From Bdellovibrio sp. (GTDB lineage: Bacteria; Bdellovibrionota; Bdellovibrionia; Bdellovibrionales; Bdellovibrionaceae), in NCBI GenBank assembly GCA_036676395.1, contig JAKFCY010000002.1, positions 1,120,001-1,184,000 on the forward strand: a stretch of DNA of 64,000 nt. The letters run 5' to 3'. A program made the translations under genes and the position numbers. Under the pieces are notes generated by a model that saw only the letters and a list, made by a program, of their open reading frames with translations, did not search any database and was not told where the DNA came from. Positions 56,365 through 64,000 of the stretch are shown here, one piece after another (the stretch's first letter is position 1; the number at the start of each line of letters is the position of its first letter).

Positions 56365-58344
56365 ATGTCGTCTCAAGAAATTAAAATTATATTACCTGAT
56401 AACTCTGTTAAAACTTTTGATCATGAACCTACTACTTTAGAAGTAGCGAACTCAATTGGTGCGCGCTTAGCTAAAGATACACTTGGGGCTAAGATCAATG
56501 GTTCATCTGATGTGATTGATTACCGTCTTCCATTAAAAGATGGAACTCGAGTTTCTATTGTTACAACTAAATCTCCTGAAGCTTTGGAAGTTGTTCGTCA
56601 CTCGGCGGCGCATTTGATGGCTCAGGCTGTTCAAGAGATTTGGCCTGAAGTTAAAGTGACTATTGGTCCTGTTGTTGAAAACGGATTTTATTACGACTTT
56701 GATTCTCCTTTTAATTTTACTGAAGAGCATTTTGAAAAAATTGAAAAGAAGATGGAAGAGATTCAGAAAAAAGATCTTCCGCTTGTTCGTGAGAACTGGC
56801 CAATCAATAAAGCGATTGAAGTGTTTCAATCTATGGGTGAGCGTTTTAAAGTTGAGTTGATTCAAGACTTGGCCTTAAAAGGTGAAACTGTTGTTGGTAT
56901 TTATCACCAAGGCACTTGGTTTGATCTTTGCCGTGGGCCTCACGTGCAATCGACGGGTCAAATTAAAGCTTTTAAATTGATGTCTGTTGCAGGAGCTTAT
57001 TGGAAGGGTGATCAAGCCAACCAAATGCTTCAACGTGTGTATGCGACTGCATTTCAAGATAAAAAAGAATTAGACGAATATTTAAAAAATATTGAAGAAG
57101 CTAAAAAGCGTGATCATCGTAAACTTGGTAAAGAGCTTGGAATGTTTACGTTCCATCCTTGGGCTCCGGGTTCTCCGTTTTTTACTGGTCGTGGTGCTGT
57201 GGTTTATAATGAACTGCAAAAGTACCTACGCGAATTATATTTTAAATATGGTTATAACGAAGTTATTACTCCGCAGATTTTTGATGCTGAGTTATTTAAA
57301 ACTTCAGGCCATTTAGCGAACTATAAAGATAATATGTTTTTCACGAAAGTGGATGAGCGTGATTTTGGTTCAAAGCCTATGAACTGCCCATCGCACTGTT
57401 TACTATTTGCTTCAGAAAAGTATTCATACCGTGATCTTCCGTATCGTATGGCTGATTTTGGTCGCTTGCACAGATATGAAGTATCAGGTGCATTATCTGG
57501 TTTAACTCGTGTTCGTACTTTCTGTCAGGATGATGGCCACATCTTCTGCACGAAAGAACAATTGCAAGGCGAGATTAAAGGTTTCGTGCAAATGTTAAAC
57601 GAGATCTATCAAAAATTAGGAATGAGTGAGTACAAAGTTTATCTTTCAACTCGTCCTGAAAAACGTATGGGAACTGAAGAAGACTGGGATAAAGCCGAAG
57701 GTGCGTTATCACAAGCTTTAGAAAGTTTAAGTATTCCTTATGAAATTAATCCTGGTGATGGCGCGTTCTACGGGCCAAAACTTGATATCATGTTCGTTGA
57801 TGCTCTTAAACGCCCTTGGCAATTAGGAACTATTCAGTGTGATCCGAATCTTCCGCAGAATTTTCATTTAAAATACACTGGCGAAGATAACACTGAACAC
57901 ACTCCATTGATGCTTCACCGTGCGGTGTTGGGTTCATTAGAGCGCTTTATCGGGGTTTACTTAGAGCACACGGCCGGGCATTTACCAGTGTGGTTAGCGC
58001 CGACTCAGGTAACTATCTTGAATGTGACTGATCGTGTGAATGAGTTTTGCGATAAAGTAAAAGCTCATCTTCGCGAAAGCCAGATTCGTGTAGAATTTGA
58101 TAAGCGTAACGAAAAATTGAACTTCAAGATCCGTGAAGCTCAGCTGATGAAAGTGCCGTACATGATTATTGTCGGTGATAAAGAAGCTGAAGCAGGAACT
58201 GTTTCAATTCGTTTAAGTGATGGAACTTTACATAATAACATCGCGTGGGAAAAAGCCTGCGAGATGATAATAAATAATAGAAATGATAGACAGCTGAAAG
58301 CATCAATAGATGCCGAAGCTACGGCTCAAACTTTAGGAGGCTAG
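56365..58344 (+). CDS. thrS: Threonine--tRNA ligase
   Basis: RHSAAHLMAQAV, DLCRGPHV, RDHRKLG, KPMNCP, GLTRVR, GAFYGPKLD, HRAVLGSLERF. Confidence 0.98.
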   Translation: MSSQEIKIILPDNSVKTFDHEPTTLEVANSIGARLAKDTLGAKINGSSDVIDYRLPLKDGTRVSIVTTKSPEALEVVRHSAAHLMAQAVQEIWPEVKVTIGPVVENGFYYDFDSPFNFTEEHFEKIEKKMEEIQKKDLPLVRENWPINKAIEVFQSMGERFKVELIQDLALKGETVVGIYHQGTWFDLCRGPHVQSTGQIKAFKLMSVAGAYWKGDQANQMLQRVYATAFQDKKELDEYLKNIEEAKKRDHRKLGKELGMFTFHPWAPGSPFFTGRGAVVYNELQKYLRELYFKYGYNEVITPQIFDAELFKTSGHLANYKDNMFFTKVDERDFGSKPMNCPSHCLLFASEKYSYRDLPYRMADFGRLHRYEVSGALSGLTRVRTFCQDDGHIFCTKEQLQGEIKGFVQMLNEIYQKLGMSEYKVYLSTRPEKRMGTEEDWDKAEGALSQALESLSIPYEINPGDGAFYGPKLDIMFVDALKRPWQLGTIQCDPNLPQNFHLKYTGEDNTEHTPLMLHRAVLGSLERFIGVYLEHTAGHLPVWLAPTQVTILNVTDRVNEFCDKVKAHLRESQIRVEFDKRNEKLNFKIREAQLMKVPYMIIVGDKEAEAGTVSIRLSDGTLHNNIAWEKACEMIINNRNDRQLKASIDAEATAQTLGG

Positions 58345-58346
58345 CC

Positions 58347-59084
58347 ATTAATCAGTTTAACAATAATCGTCCAGCAGGTGGTGGCGGAACAGGTAAACCC
58401 CCAGGTGGTCCAAAACCAGGTGGATTCAACCGTTTCGACAGAGATAAAAAACGTGGAGACAAAGATGGTCTTCGTGTAAATCGCGACATTCGCGCCCCAC
58501 AAATTCGTGTGATCGATGAACTCGGCGAAATGCTGGGAGTAATGACTGTGCCAGAAGGTCTTCGTATTGCTGAAGATCGTGGGTTAGACCTGATCGAGAT
58601 CGGGCCTACGGCTTCGCCTCCAACTTGTAAAATCATGGACTACGGCAAGTACAAATACGAAAACAAGAAAAAAGCCGCAGCTTCACGTAAAAAACAAGTG
58701 ATCGTTGTCATTAAAGAAATTCAGGTTCGTCCAAGAACTGATGTTCACGATTTCGAAACTAAAATGAAACATGCTCGCAGATTCTTGTTAGAAGGCGATA
58801 AAGTAAAAGTAAATTTACGTTTTATGGGTCGCGAAATGTCACATCAAGAGATGGGCTTAGAAGTTATTAATCGCGCGATTGATTTCGTAAAAGATTTAGC
58901 TCTAGTTGAATCTAATCCGAAAACAGAAGGTAAAAACATGTTCACCATGCTTGCGCCTGATCCAATGAAGATTAAAGAATACTTAAAAGCAAATCCACCT
59001 AAGGGCCAAAAAGAAGTTCTTCCAGAACTTTCTAAAGAGGACTTATCGTCAACTTCACACACTGAAGAACAAGACGAAGATTAG
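58347..59084 (+). CDS. infC: Translation initiation factor IF-3, ATT (AUU) start
   Basis: GGAGG at 58336-58340, in-frame ATT at 58347; RVNRDIRAPQIRVID, PPTCKIMDYGKYKYE, FLLEGDKVKV. Confidence 0.93.
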   Translation: MNQFNNNRPAGGGGTGKPPGGPKPGGFNRFDRDKKRGDKDGLRVNRDIRAPQIRVIDELGEMLGVMTVPEGLRIAEDRGLDLIEIGPTASPPTCKIMDYGKYKYENKKKAAASRKKQVIVVIKEIQVRPRTDVHDFETKMKHARRFLLEGDKVKVNLRFMGREMSHQEMGLEVINRAIDFVKDLALVESNPKTEGKNMFTMLAPDPMKIKEYLKANPPKGQKEVLPELSKEDLSSTSHTEEQDED

Positions 59085-59121
59085 TCGGTGGCGCCTAGCC
59101 ATCCGCAATTAGAAAATTAAG

Positions 59122-59155
59122 AAGGGCTGGTTGAAAAACCGGCCCTTTGTTTTTT
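59122..59155. terminator. Intrinsic terminator after infC
   Basis: AAGGGCTGGTT-gaaa-AACCGGCCCTT followed by TGTTTTTT. Confidence 0.8.
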
Positions 59156-59477
59156 AGTCTAAGTTATTTACTTCGTATTCTGAATACACGCCAATTAAGT
59201 AGCTTTTATAACGACATTTTTCCATATCGATCTGAACTGAACCAATACGGTCAACTGGTCCGCTTATGCCGCCATCACCATCTTTTATGATGATGTTTGT
59301 CGAACGAATATTTCCCATTAATAACGAATGGCTGATGCCCACTTTTTTAGAGTTATAAAGTCTGGCAATTTCTAAAACTTTTTTCTCGACGATAGAATCA
59401 GCAACATCGTCGCCGCATTCTGCAAAAGTGATGTTTGTGAATAAAAGAATACCTAACAATGAAATTAGAATTTTCAT
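59154..59477 (-). CDS. Small secreted hypothetical protein
   Basis: Signal peptide (ITFA-E), two Cys, GAGG RBS. Confidence 0.6.
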   Translation of the reverse strand: MKILISLLGILLFTNITFAECGDDVADSIVEKKVLEIARLYNSKKVGISHSLLMGNIRSTNIIIKDGDGGISGPVDRIGSVQIDMEKCRYKSYLIGVYSEYEVNNLD

Positions 59478-59537
59478 AAAACCTCGCTGAATTAATACTA
59501 AATTGAAATTTAATCATTCAGCAAGGATATAGAGTTA

Positions 59538-60158
59538 TTATTTAATTTTATTCATCTGAAACGGGACATGGTAATTCTGTAAAATAACGCGGTCTACACA
59601 ATTTATGCCTTCGCATTTTTGCACGATCACATCACAGTTTTGTTTTAGTGTTTGGCCAGCTGTATGGTCGATGGCTACTAAAGTTCCAGTTGTAATCATT
59701 TGCTCGACTTGTTCGTTTGCAAAAACTTGTTTTGCACTTCCAAGTGCACTTGTGGTTGCCTGGTTAAAAGTTAAAATCATATCTTGCGTATTTTCGTTAC
59801 CGATAGCGCGAATACCTTTAATTGTTTCGGGCATGTGTTCCCAAACCTTTAAATCATCAGACGTGTAAGAATGATTAATAGTCGTAGCTGGAACCAACTT
59901 AGCGGTTAGCAAATCATTACGACCAGTTTGTTGCCAGTTGGTGCGATCATTAACGTTATTTAAATTATTAAAGATACGGCTTTTATCAAAAGTCACAAAA
60001 CCCATGCGCCCAGCTTCTTGATTTTCGCCCTTGCATTGATATTGAATAGTTACAGAAACTTTAACTTGGGATTCTATTTTTTGCAGTTCTTTAAGATAAT
60101 CATTTGCAAAAGCTGCTTGAGAGGCCACTAATGAAATTGCGAATATAAGTTTTGTCAT
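59538..60158 (-). CDS. Secreted hypothetical protein
   Basis: AGGAG RBS before ATG 60158, signal peptide (AAFA-N), four Cys. Confidence 0.65.
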   Translation of the reverse strand: MTKLIFAISLVASQAAFANDYLKELQKIESQVKVSVTIQYQCKGENQEAGRMGFVTFDKSRIFNNLNNVNDRTNWQQTGRNDLLTAKLVPATTINHSYTSDDLKVWEHMPETIKGIRAIGNENTQDMILTFNQATTSALGSAKQVFANEQVEQMITTGTLVAIDHTAGQTLKQNCDVIVQKCEGINCVDRVILQNYHVPFQMNKIK

Positions 60159-60194
60159 TGAATTACTCCTGGTTAGTTCACTGAGCTGTGTTTT

Positions 60195-60210
60195 TGCAAA
60201 CGCAGGGCCT
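60195..60210 (-). promoter_or_regulatory. Sigma54-type -24/-12 promoter
   Basis: Minus strand AGGCCCTGCGTTTGCA: GG-N10-GC with TTGCA -12 element. Confidence 0.55.
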
Positions 60211-60295
60211 CGGCCAGAGAGGGTTATTTCGACTTGGAACATATAGTCTGTCTAGCATTTTGATAGAAGACTCGTTTTCGCGAGTTAACAGCGAT

Positions 60296-61009
60296 CTACT
60301 CGGGACAGATCAGTTTGGCTTCTTCGTCAGTGATTTTAATGTCATTGAATTTTTTAAATTTTTTCACTTTTTCGATAACGTGATTATATTCTTTGGTGTC
60401 GTTGCCATCAGTGTTTTTGCGCCAGTAGACTAAGGCTTTATCGTTGGACCAACTGCAGAATTGAATAAGGTTTATCACAGCCGCATAACCAGAAGCGTGC
60501 CAGCCATTCCAACAGTGTCCGTACATCGGCCCTGCGATTTCACCTTTGATGTGCTTGTGAACTTGCGTAAGTAGCGCATATTCGTTTCCGGATTTAAGAG
60601 AGGCTAATTGCAGGTAGTCGAGCTTTTGGTCTTTGCCACAAGTAATGATTTTTTCAGATTCGTCATAGTTGTCTTTATAAAAGTACATCGCTTCTGAAAA
60701 ACCCTGCTTGCAGAGGTTTTCTAGGCCTTCCAAAGGAAGGGGATTTTGGTTGTCGCGTTTTTTATTTTTATTAAATTTATTGTTAGCGCCACCGCGGTAA
60801 TAAATGCCATGAAGAACAGCGCGAAAATTACGAGTGCCGTAAAGTTCAGAATCGCCATTGCCTTTGTTGTCGGTTTGTTTTTTATAGACGTCATCAAGTG
60901 GGAAAAGCTTTTTGTATTTCGCTACTTGATCGCCTAAATTAAAAACCGGCTTGGTGTTGTTCGCCCAAGCCGGTAGAGAAAGAATCAGTATTAAGATAAA
61001 TCGCATCAT
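60296..61009 (-). CDS. Secreted PTP/dual-specificity-phosphatase-like protein with variant P-loop
   Basis: Signal peptide; NFRAVLHGIYYRGG and PMYGHCWNGWHASG. Confidence 0.55.
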   Translation of the reverse strand: MMRFILILILSLPAWANNTKPVFNLGDQVAKYKKLFPLDDVYKKQTDNKGNGDSELYGTRNFRAVLHGIYYRGGANNKFNKNKKRDNQNPLPLEGLENLCKQGFSEAMYFYKDNYDESEKIITCGKDQKLDYLQLASLKSGNEYALLTQVHKHIKGEIAGPMYGHCWNGWHASGYAAVINLIQFCSWSNDKALVYWRKNTDGNDTKEYNHVIEKVKKFKKFNDIKITDEEAKLICPE

Positions 61010-61031
61010 ACTGCGATTATATCAGTTTAAA

Positions 61032-62462
61032 TTACTGTTGTGCAGCTTGAATCACAGCGCGGCAGTCAGGAACTGCTTGGCCAGTGAAAGCTGAATCAAG
61101 GTCTAGATCAAGTGATAATTGACCTGCTTTACAAGTGTTAACTAACACGTTTACTGAGTGAGCCACGTTGGTTTTAAATGTATTGATATCAGTAGCCGTC
61201 ATACCAGTTTCTAATTTGAAGAAAGCTTGGCCTTCAGCTGTATTGATTAGCTTGTAAAGTTTTAAAAGTTTTTCGAAAGTCTCTGGGTTAAAGTGACGTA
61301 CACCTTCTAATAATTTACCGTTTTTAATATGGTTTTCTTTAGCTACGCCACAGTCGTTATCTTTCATCATCATCTTTTTAAGCATCAATGTACCAGCTGG
61401 GTAAGTTTTGCCAGCAGCGATGTCTTTTTTAGATAACGAATCTAATTTATCAACTTTAGTTTTGCCAGTAGTTGCATCTTTAACGATAGCGTAAGCTTCC
61501 ATTGTGTAATGTAAGTTACCTAAACGATCTTGTTGGCTTAACATAGTATCTAATAAAATCATATCAGCTACGTTTTGCATTTTTAATACTTCTTGAGCGT
61601 TATTTTGATTAAAGTTAGTTAAACCCTGACCGCTTAATGAAGCACCGTTAGCTAAACGAGCGTAAGTAGTATTTTTGGCTTTAAAGTTCGCAGTACGAGT
61701 TGGTTGATCAGAACCACCGTTAAACATTTCAGAGTATTTTTCTTCTTTTGAAGGATTCATTTGTAAAGCACCGAAGCTGTATTTGTAATCGTCAGTGAAA
61801 ATGTTTGTAGCTTTGGCGTGAGCAGAACCTTTAGTAAGGATACCTAAGATACCTTCCCAAGTTTGTTGGATTAAAGGTTTAACTGGAGCTGGTTTACCTT
61901 TAGCCGCAGCAGCTTTAACTAGTTTTTGATATTCAGCATCTAAGATGTTCCAAGTTTTAGTACCGATCGCTTTGTGAGTTGCAGCATCAACAGTTCTTAA
62001 AACTGCAGGGGGAACTTGATTGATATTACCTAAGAAACGAGAAACTTGATAATAAGATAATAATGACGGAGTGTAGCTGCAGCTAGTACTTTGTTTGTAC
62101 TTAGCTAATTTTTTAAATGTGTTGTCATCAGATGCACCACCTGGCTTTGGTACGAAACAGTTTTTAGCTTCGATTTGAGCGGCAGTCATGCCTTCTTCGA
62201 TTTTGAAAAATTCAACACCTGGGTTTGTACTTTCTATTTTACCGCAAACAGCTACGTTTTTAGAAATATTCATCGCGCAAAGATCTCTTTCGCGCTCTAA
62301 GTCTTTTTTAGAAAATTTTGAGCCTTCAAGACGGTTAGGGATAAAGCAAAGCTCACCGCGGTCTAAAGCGATTTTTTCAGCGCCACGACCTGGCATATTC
62401 GGCGTTAATGTAGCGTGTGCTAACATCGGGGCTAATAAGACCATAACTACTGTTTTTTTCAT
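61032..62462 (-). CDS. Secreted atypical kinase-like protein (Fam20C/Four-jointed/PI4K-like)
   Basis: Signal peptide; YQVSRFLG..QVPPAVLRTV, DMILLDTMLSQQDRLGN, MKDNDCG. Confidence 0.6.
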   Translation of the reverse strand: MKKTVVMVLLAPMLAHATLTPNMPGRGAEKIALDRGELCFIPNRLEGSKFSKKDLERERDLCAMNISKNVAVCGKIESTNPGVEFFKIEEGMTAAQIEAKNCFVPKPGGASDDNTFKKLAKYKQSTSCSYTPSLLSYYQVSRFLGNINQVPPAVLRTVDAATHKAIGTKTWNILDAEYQKLVKAAAAKGKPAPVKPLIQQTWEGILGILTKGSAHAKATNIFTDDYKYSFGALQMNPSKEEKYSEMFNGGSDQPTRTANFKAKNTTYARLANGASLSGQGLTNFNQNNAQEVLKMQNVADMILLDTMLSQQDRLGNLHYTMEAYAIVKDATTGKTKVDKLDSLSKKDIAAGKTYPAGTLMLKKMMMKDNDCGVAKENHIKNGKLLEGVRHFNPETFEKLLKLYKLINTAEGQAFFKLETGMTATDINTFKTNVAHSVNVLVNTCKAGQLSLDLDLDSAFTGQAVPDCRAVIQAAQQ

Positions 62463-62519
62463 AAAATCCTCTTTCTTTTTTATAAATATCTTTAAATCAA
62501 AAATCTAAAATTAATAAAT

Positions 62520-63950
62520 CTAGTCACCGTCATTTTTAATCAGCTCTGCCGCTGAAGCGCGTAAGTAATTAAACTTACCCGGGTGAAGAAGGCTCGTTAC
62601 AAACCCGTCATAAAGACTAACTACGTTTTCAATCACCGGGCGATCAAAGGGTTGGCTTTGTACCAGAGCGCGTGATTCTTTATCGCTGAATTTGACTCCC
62701 ATAACATCGACAACTAAGTTGATTGGTAATTTTAATTCTACGTGGCGGGCATCAGCATCGCCTGTGACTAAACGGCTATTGTTTTTTAATACGTAAGTTG
62801 GATCTTTTAAACCTTTTGCAGAATACATATTTCCTAAATAAACACCCTGGCTGCGATCAATCGTCGTTTGAAAGCCTGCTGTCGATTCAAAAGCACTGCG
62901 GTGATAAGCCGTCGCACCTTCAATTTGTAAGAAGTTTGGATTTCCAGCGATACCTTCGGCTAATACGGCAAAGATCGCTTTAGCGCGTGCTTCTAAAGCA
63001 GGGTCTTTAGCTATGATTTCTTGAGTTAATTTTTCAAGGCGAGCTTGTGATTCAGCTTGTCTTTCAGCTGCTGTTTTAGATTTTAACGTAGCAAACAACA
63101 TATCAACTTGGCTTTGAGATAAAGTGACATCAAGCTTTTGCACGTTATGATTGCCGTTTAAGTTTTTGTATTTCGGGCTTTGGATAATATCATCAAGAGC
63201 TGATTTGATTTCTAATTTGTATGATTTTCCGTGCGGGGCAAACATTTTAAAAGTAGTGCCAAAACGTGTTTGCATGTCAGCTAAGTTTAAAATCTTACTT
63301 TCGCCGTTTACATGAAGATCAAATAAGCCATCAGATTTTTTTGTAATCGTTACTTTAGAGCCATTCGCTAATGAACCAGCAACTGGAACATCCGCAGTCA
63401 TTTTTTCAAAGTTCACTTCGCGTAAGTAAGTTCTGATGCGCGGTTGGTGTTTAGCATTGCCATGGGCATCAATTAAAGGCTTAGTGTAATAAGTAAAGGT
63501 ACTGTCAGTAGCACCTTCTGGTGGTGGGGCATCACGCACGGTTAATTTATCATTAGTGTTTGTTTCGCCTTTAGTTTGTAGTTCGAACATACGCTGGTGA
63601 ACTTGGCGCGTAAAACCTTCAGATGTTGAATCTAAACCATCTAAAACCTTTTCTAAAGTTTCAGGCGATAAATTTTGTTTAATCAATTTGTTAACATAAT
63701 CATTTGAACGTTGAACTGATAATTTAGTTTTCCATTCACTGCGCCAAACTGTTGCAAGTTTTCCAGTTAAAGTCGCGCGTAAGTTTTTTAATAAAGTAAC
63801 ATAGCGGTTTTCTTCAACTTGAACTTTATCAACAATTCTGGTTGGCGGAGCCGCTTTGCCGGCGAACAAATCAACGCAGGCATTGGCAGCCACTGCATTT
63901 GCAGAATAAATTTGAGCGACTAAGATAAGTGGTAATAATTGTTTTTTCAT
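62520..63950 (-). CDS. Secreted VTC/CYTH (triphosphate tunnel metalloenzyme)-like protein
   Basis: Signal peptide; ENRY, TYYT, PRIRTY, KLEIK, YHRSAFE, TTIDR, VELK, GKF in VTC motif order. Confidence 0.55.
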   Translation of the reverse strand: MKKQLLPLILVAQIYSANAVAANACVDLFAGKAAPPTRIVDKVQVEENRYVTLLKNLRATLTGKLATVWRSEWKTKLSVQRSNDYVNKLIKQNLSPETLEKVLDGLDSTSEGFTRQVHQRMFELQTKGETNTNDKLTVRDAPPPEGATDSTFTYYTKPLIDAHGNAKHQPRIRTYLREVNFEKMTADVPVAGSLANGSKVTITKKSDGLFDLHVNGESKILNLADMQTRFGTTFKMFAPHGKSYKLEIKSALDDIIQSPKYKNLNGNHNVQKLDVTLSQSQVDMLFATLKSKTAAERQAESQARLEKLTQEIIAKDPALEARAKAIFAVLAEGIAGNPNFLQIEGATAYHRSAFESTAGFQTTIDRSQGVYLGNMYSAKGLKDPTYVLKNNSRLVTGDADARHVELKLPINLVVDVMGVKFSDKESRALVQSQPFDRPVIENVVSLYDGFVTSLLHPGKFNYLRASAAELIKNDGD

Positions 63951-64000
63951 AATTATTTAACCCCAGGGTGTGTAGTAGGAATTTTACCTTGATCTTTAAT

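Noticed and set aside
56145..56365. T-box riboswitch or E. coli-type tRNA-mimic operator for thrS
   Set aside because: No AAGGTGGTACC-like T-box sequence, the leader is too short and AT-rich, and no anticodon-like stem-loops are evident
58352..58636. 94-aa minus-strand Pro/Gly-rich ORF
   Set aside because: Antisense shadow of the extended infC 5' region
1289..62983. Numerous 60-112 aa ORFs nested in or antisense to long genes
   Set aside because: No recognisable motifs or RBS and fully overlapped by well-supported CDSs; expected by chance
1..64000. rRNA, tRNA, prophage, IS or integrase
   Set aside because: No intergenic space or motifs consistent with these were found by eye; a tRNAscan/Infernal run would be needed to exclude small RNAs fully

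Overview
An AT-rich, gene-dense bacterial chromosomal segment. Its gene content (DacB-like endopeptidase, polysaccharide deacetylase, several secreted proteases, many signal-peptide hypotheticals, FabMG-like reductase, alternative complex III) points to a predatory Bdellovibrionota (Bdellovibrio/Pseudobdellovibrio-like) organism; this assignment is inference. Core genes: a PpiD/SurA-like PPIase (5'-truncated), cdd, maf, folE2, fur, uvrA, rpmG, waaA, a GT9 heptosyltransferase, a PduO-type adenosyltransferase, system II cytochrome c maturation genes, an actABCDEF operon, a BrnT/BrnA toxin-antitoxin pair, thrS and infC. I found no rRNA, tRNA, CRISPR array or transposase. Most notable signals: (1) an unannotated, apparently leaderless 10-codon leader peptide (MLFITTTTTF, five consecutive Thr codons) just upstream of thrS, suggesting ribosome-sensed attenuation without an intrinsic terminator; (2) three adjacent signal-peptide proteins near the window end with VTC/CYTH-like, Fam20C-like kinase and PTP/DSP-like motifs, a candidate exported phosphotransfer system; (3) a beta-helix/diheme cytochrome c fusion between folE2 and a Fur-boxed fur; (4) a UvrA apparently lacking its insertion domain; (5) an AUU-initiated IF3 with a Gly/Pro-rich N-terminal extension; (6) recurring sigma54-type, sigma28-type and leaderless sigma70-type promoters. 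All family assignments come from motif recognition by eye; no searches were run.
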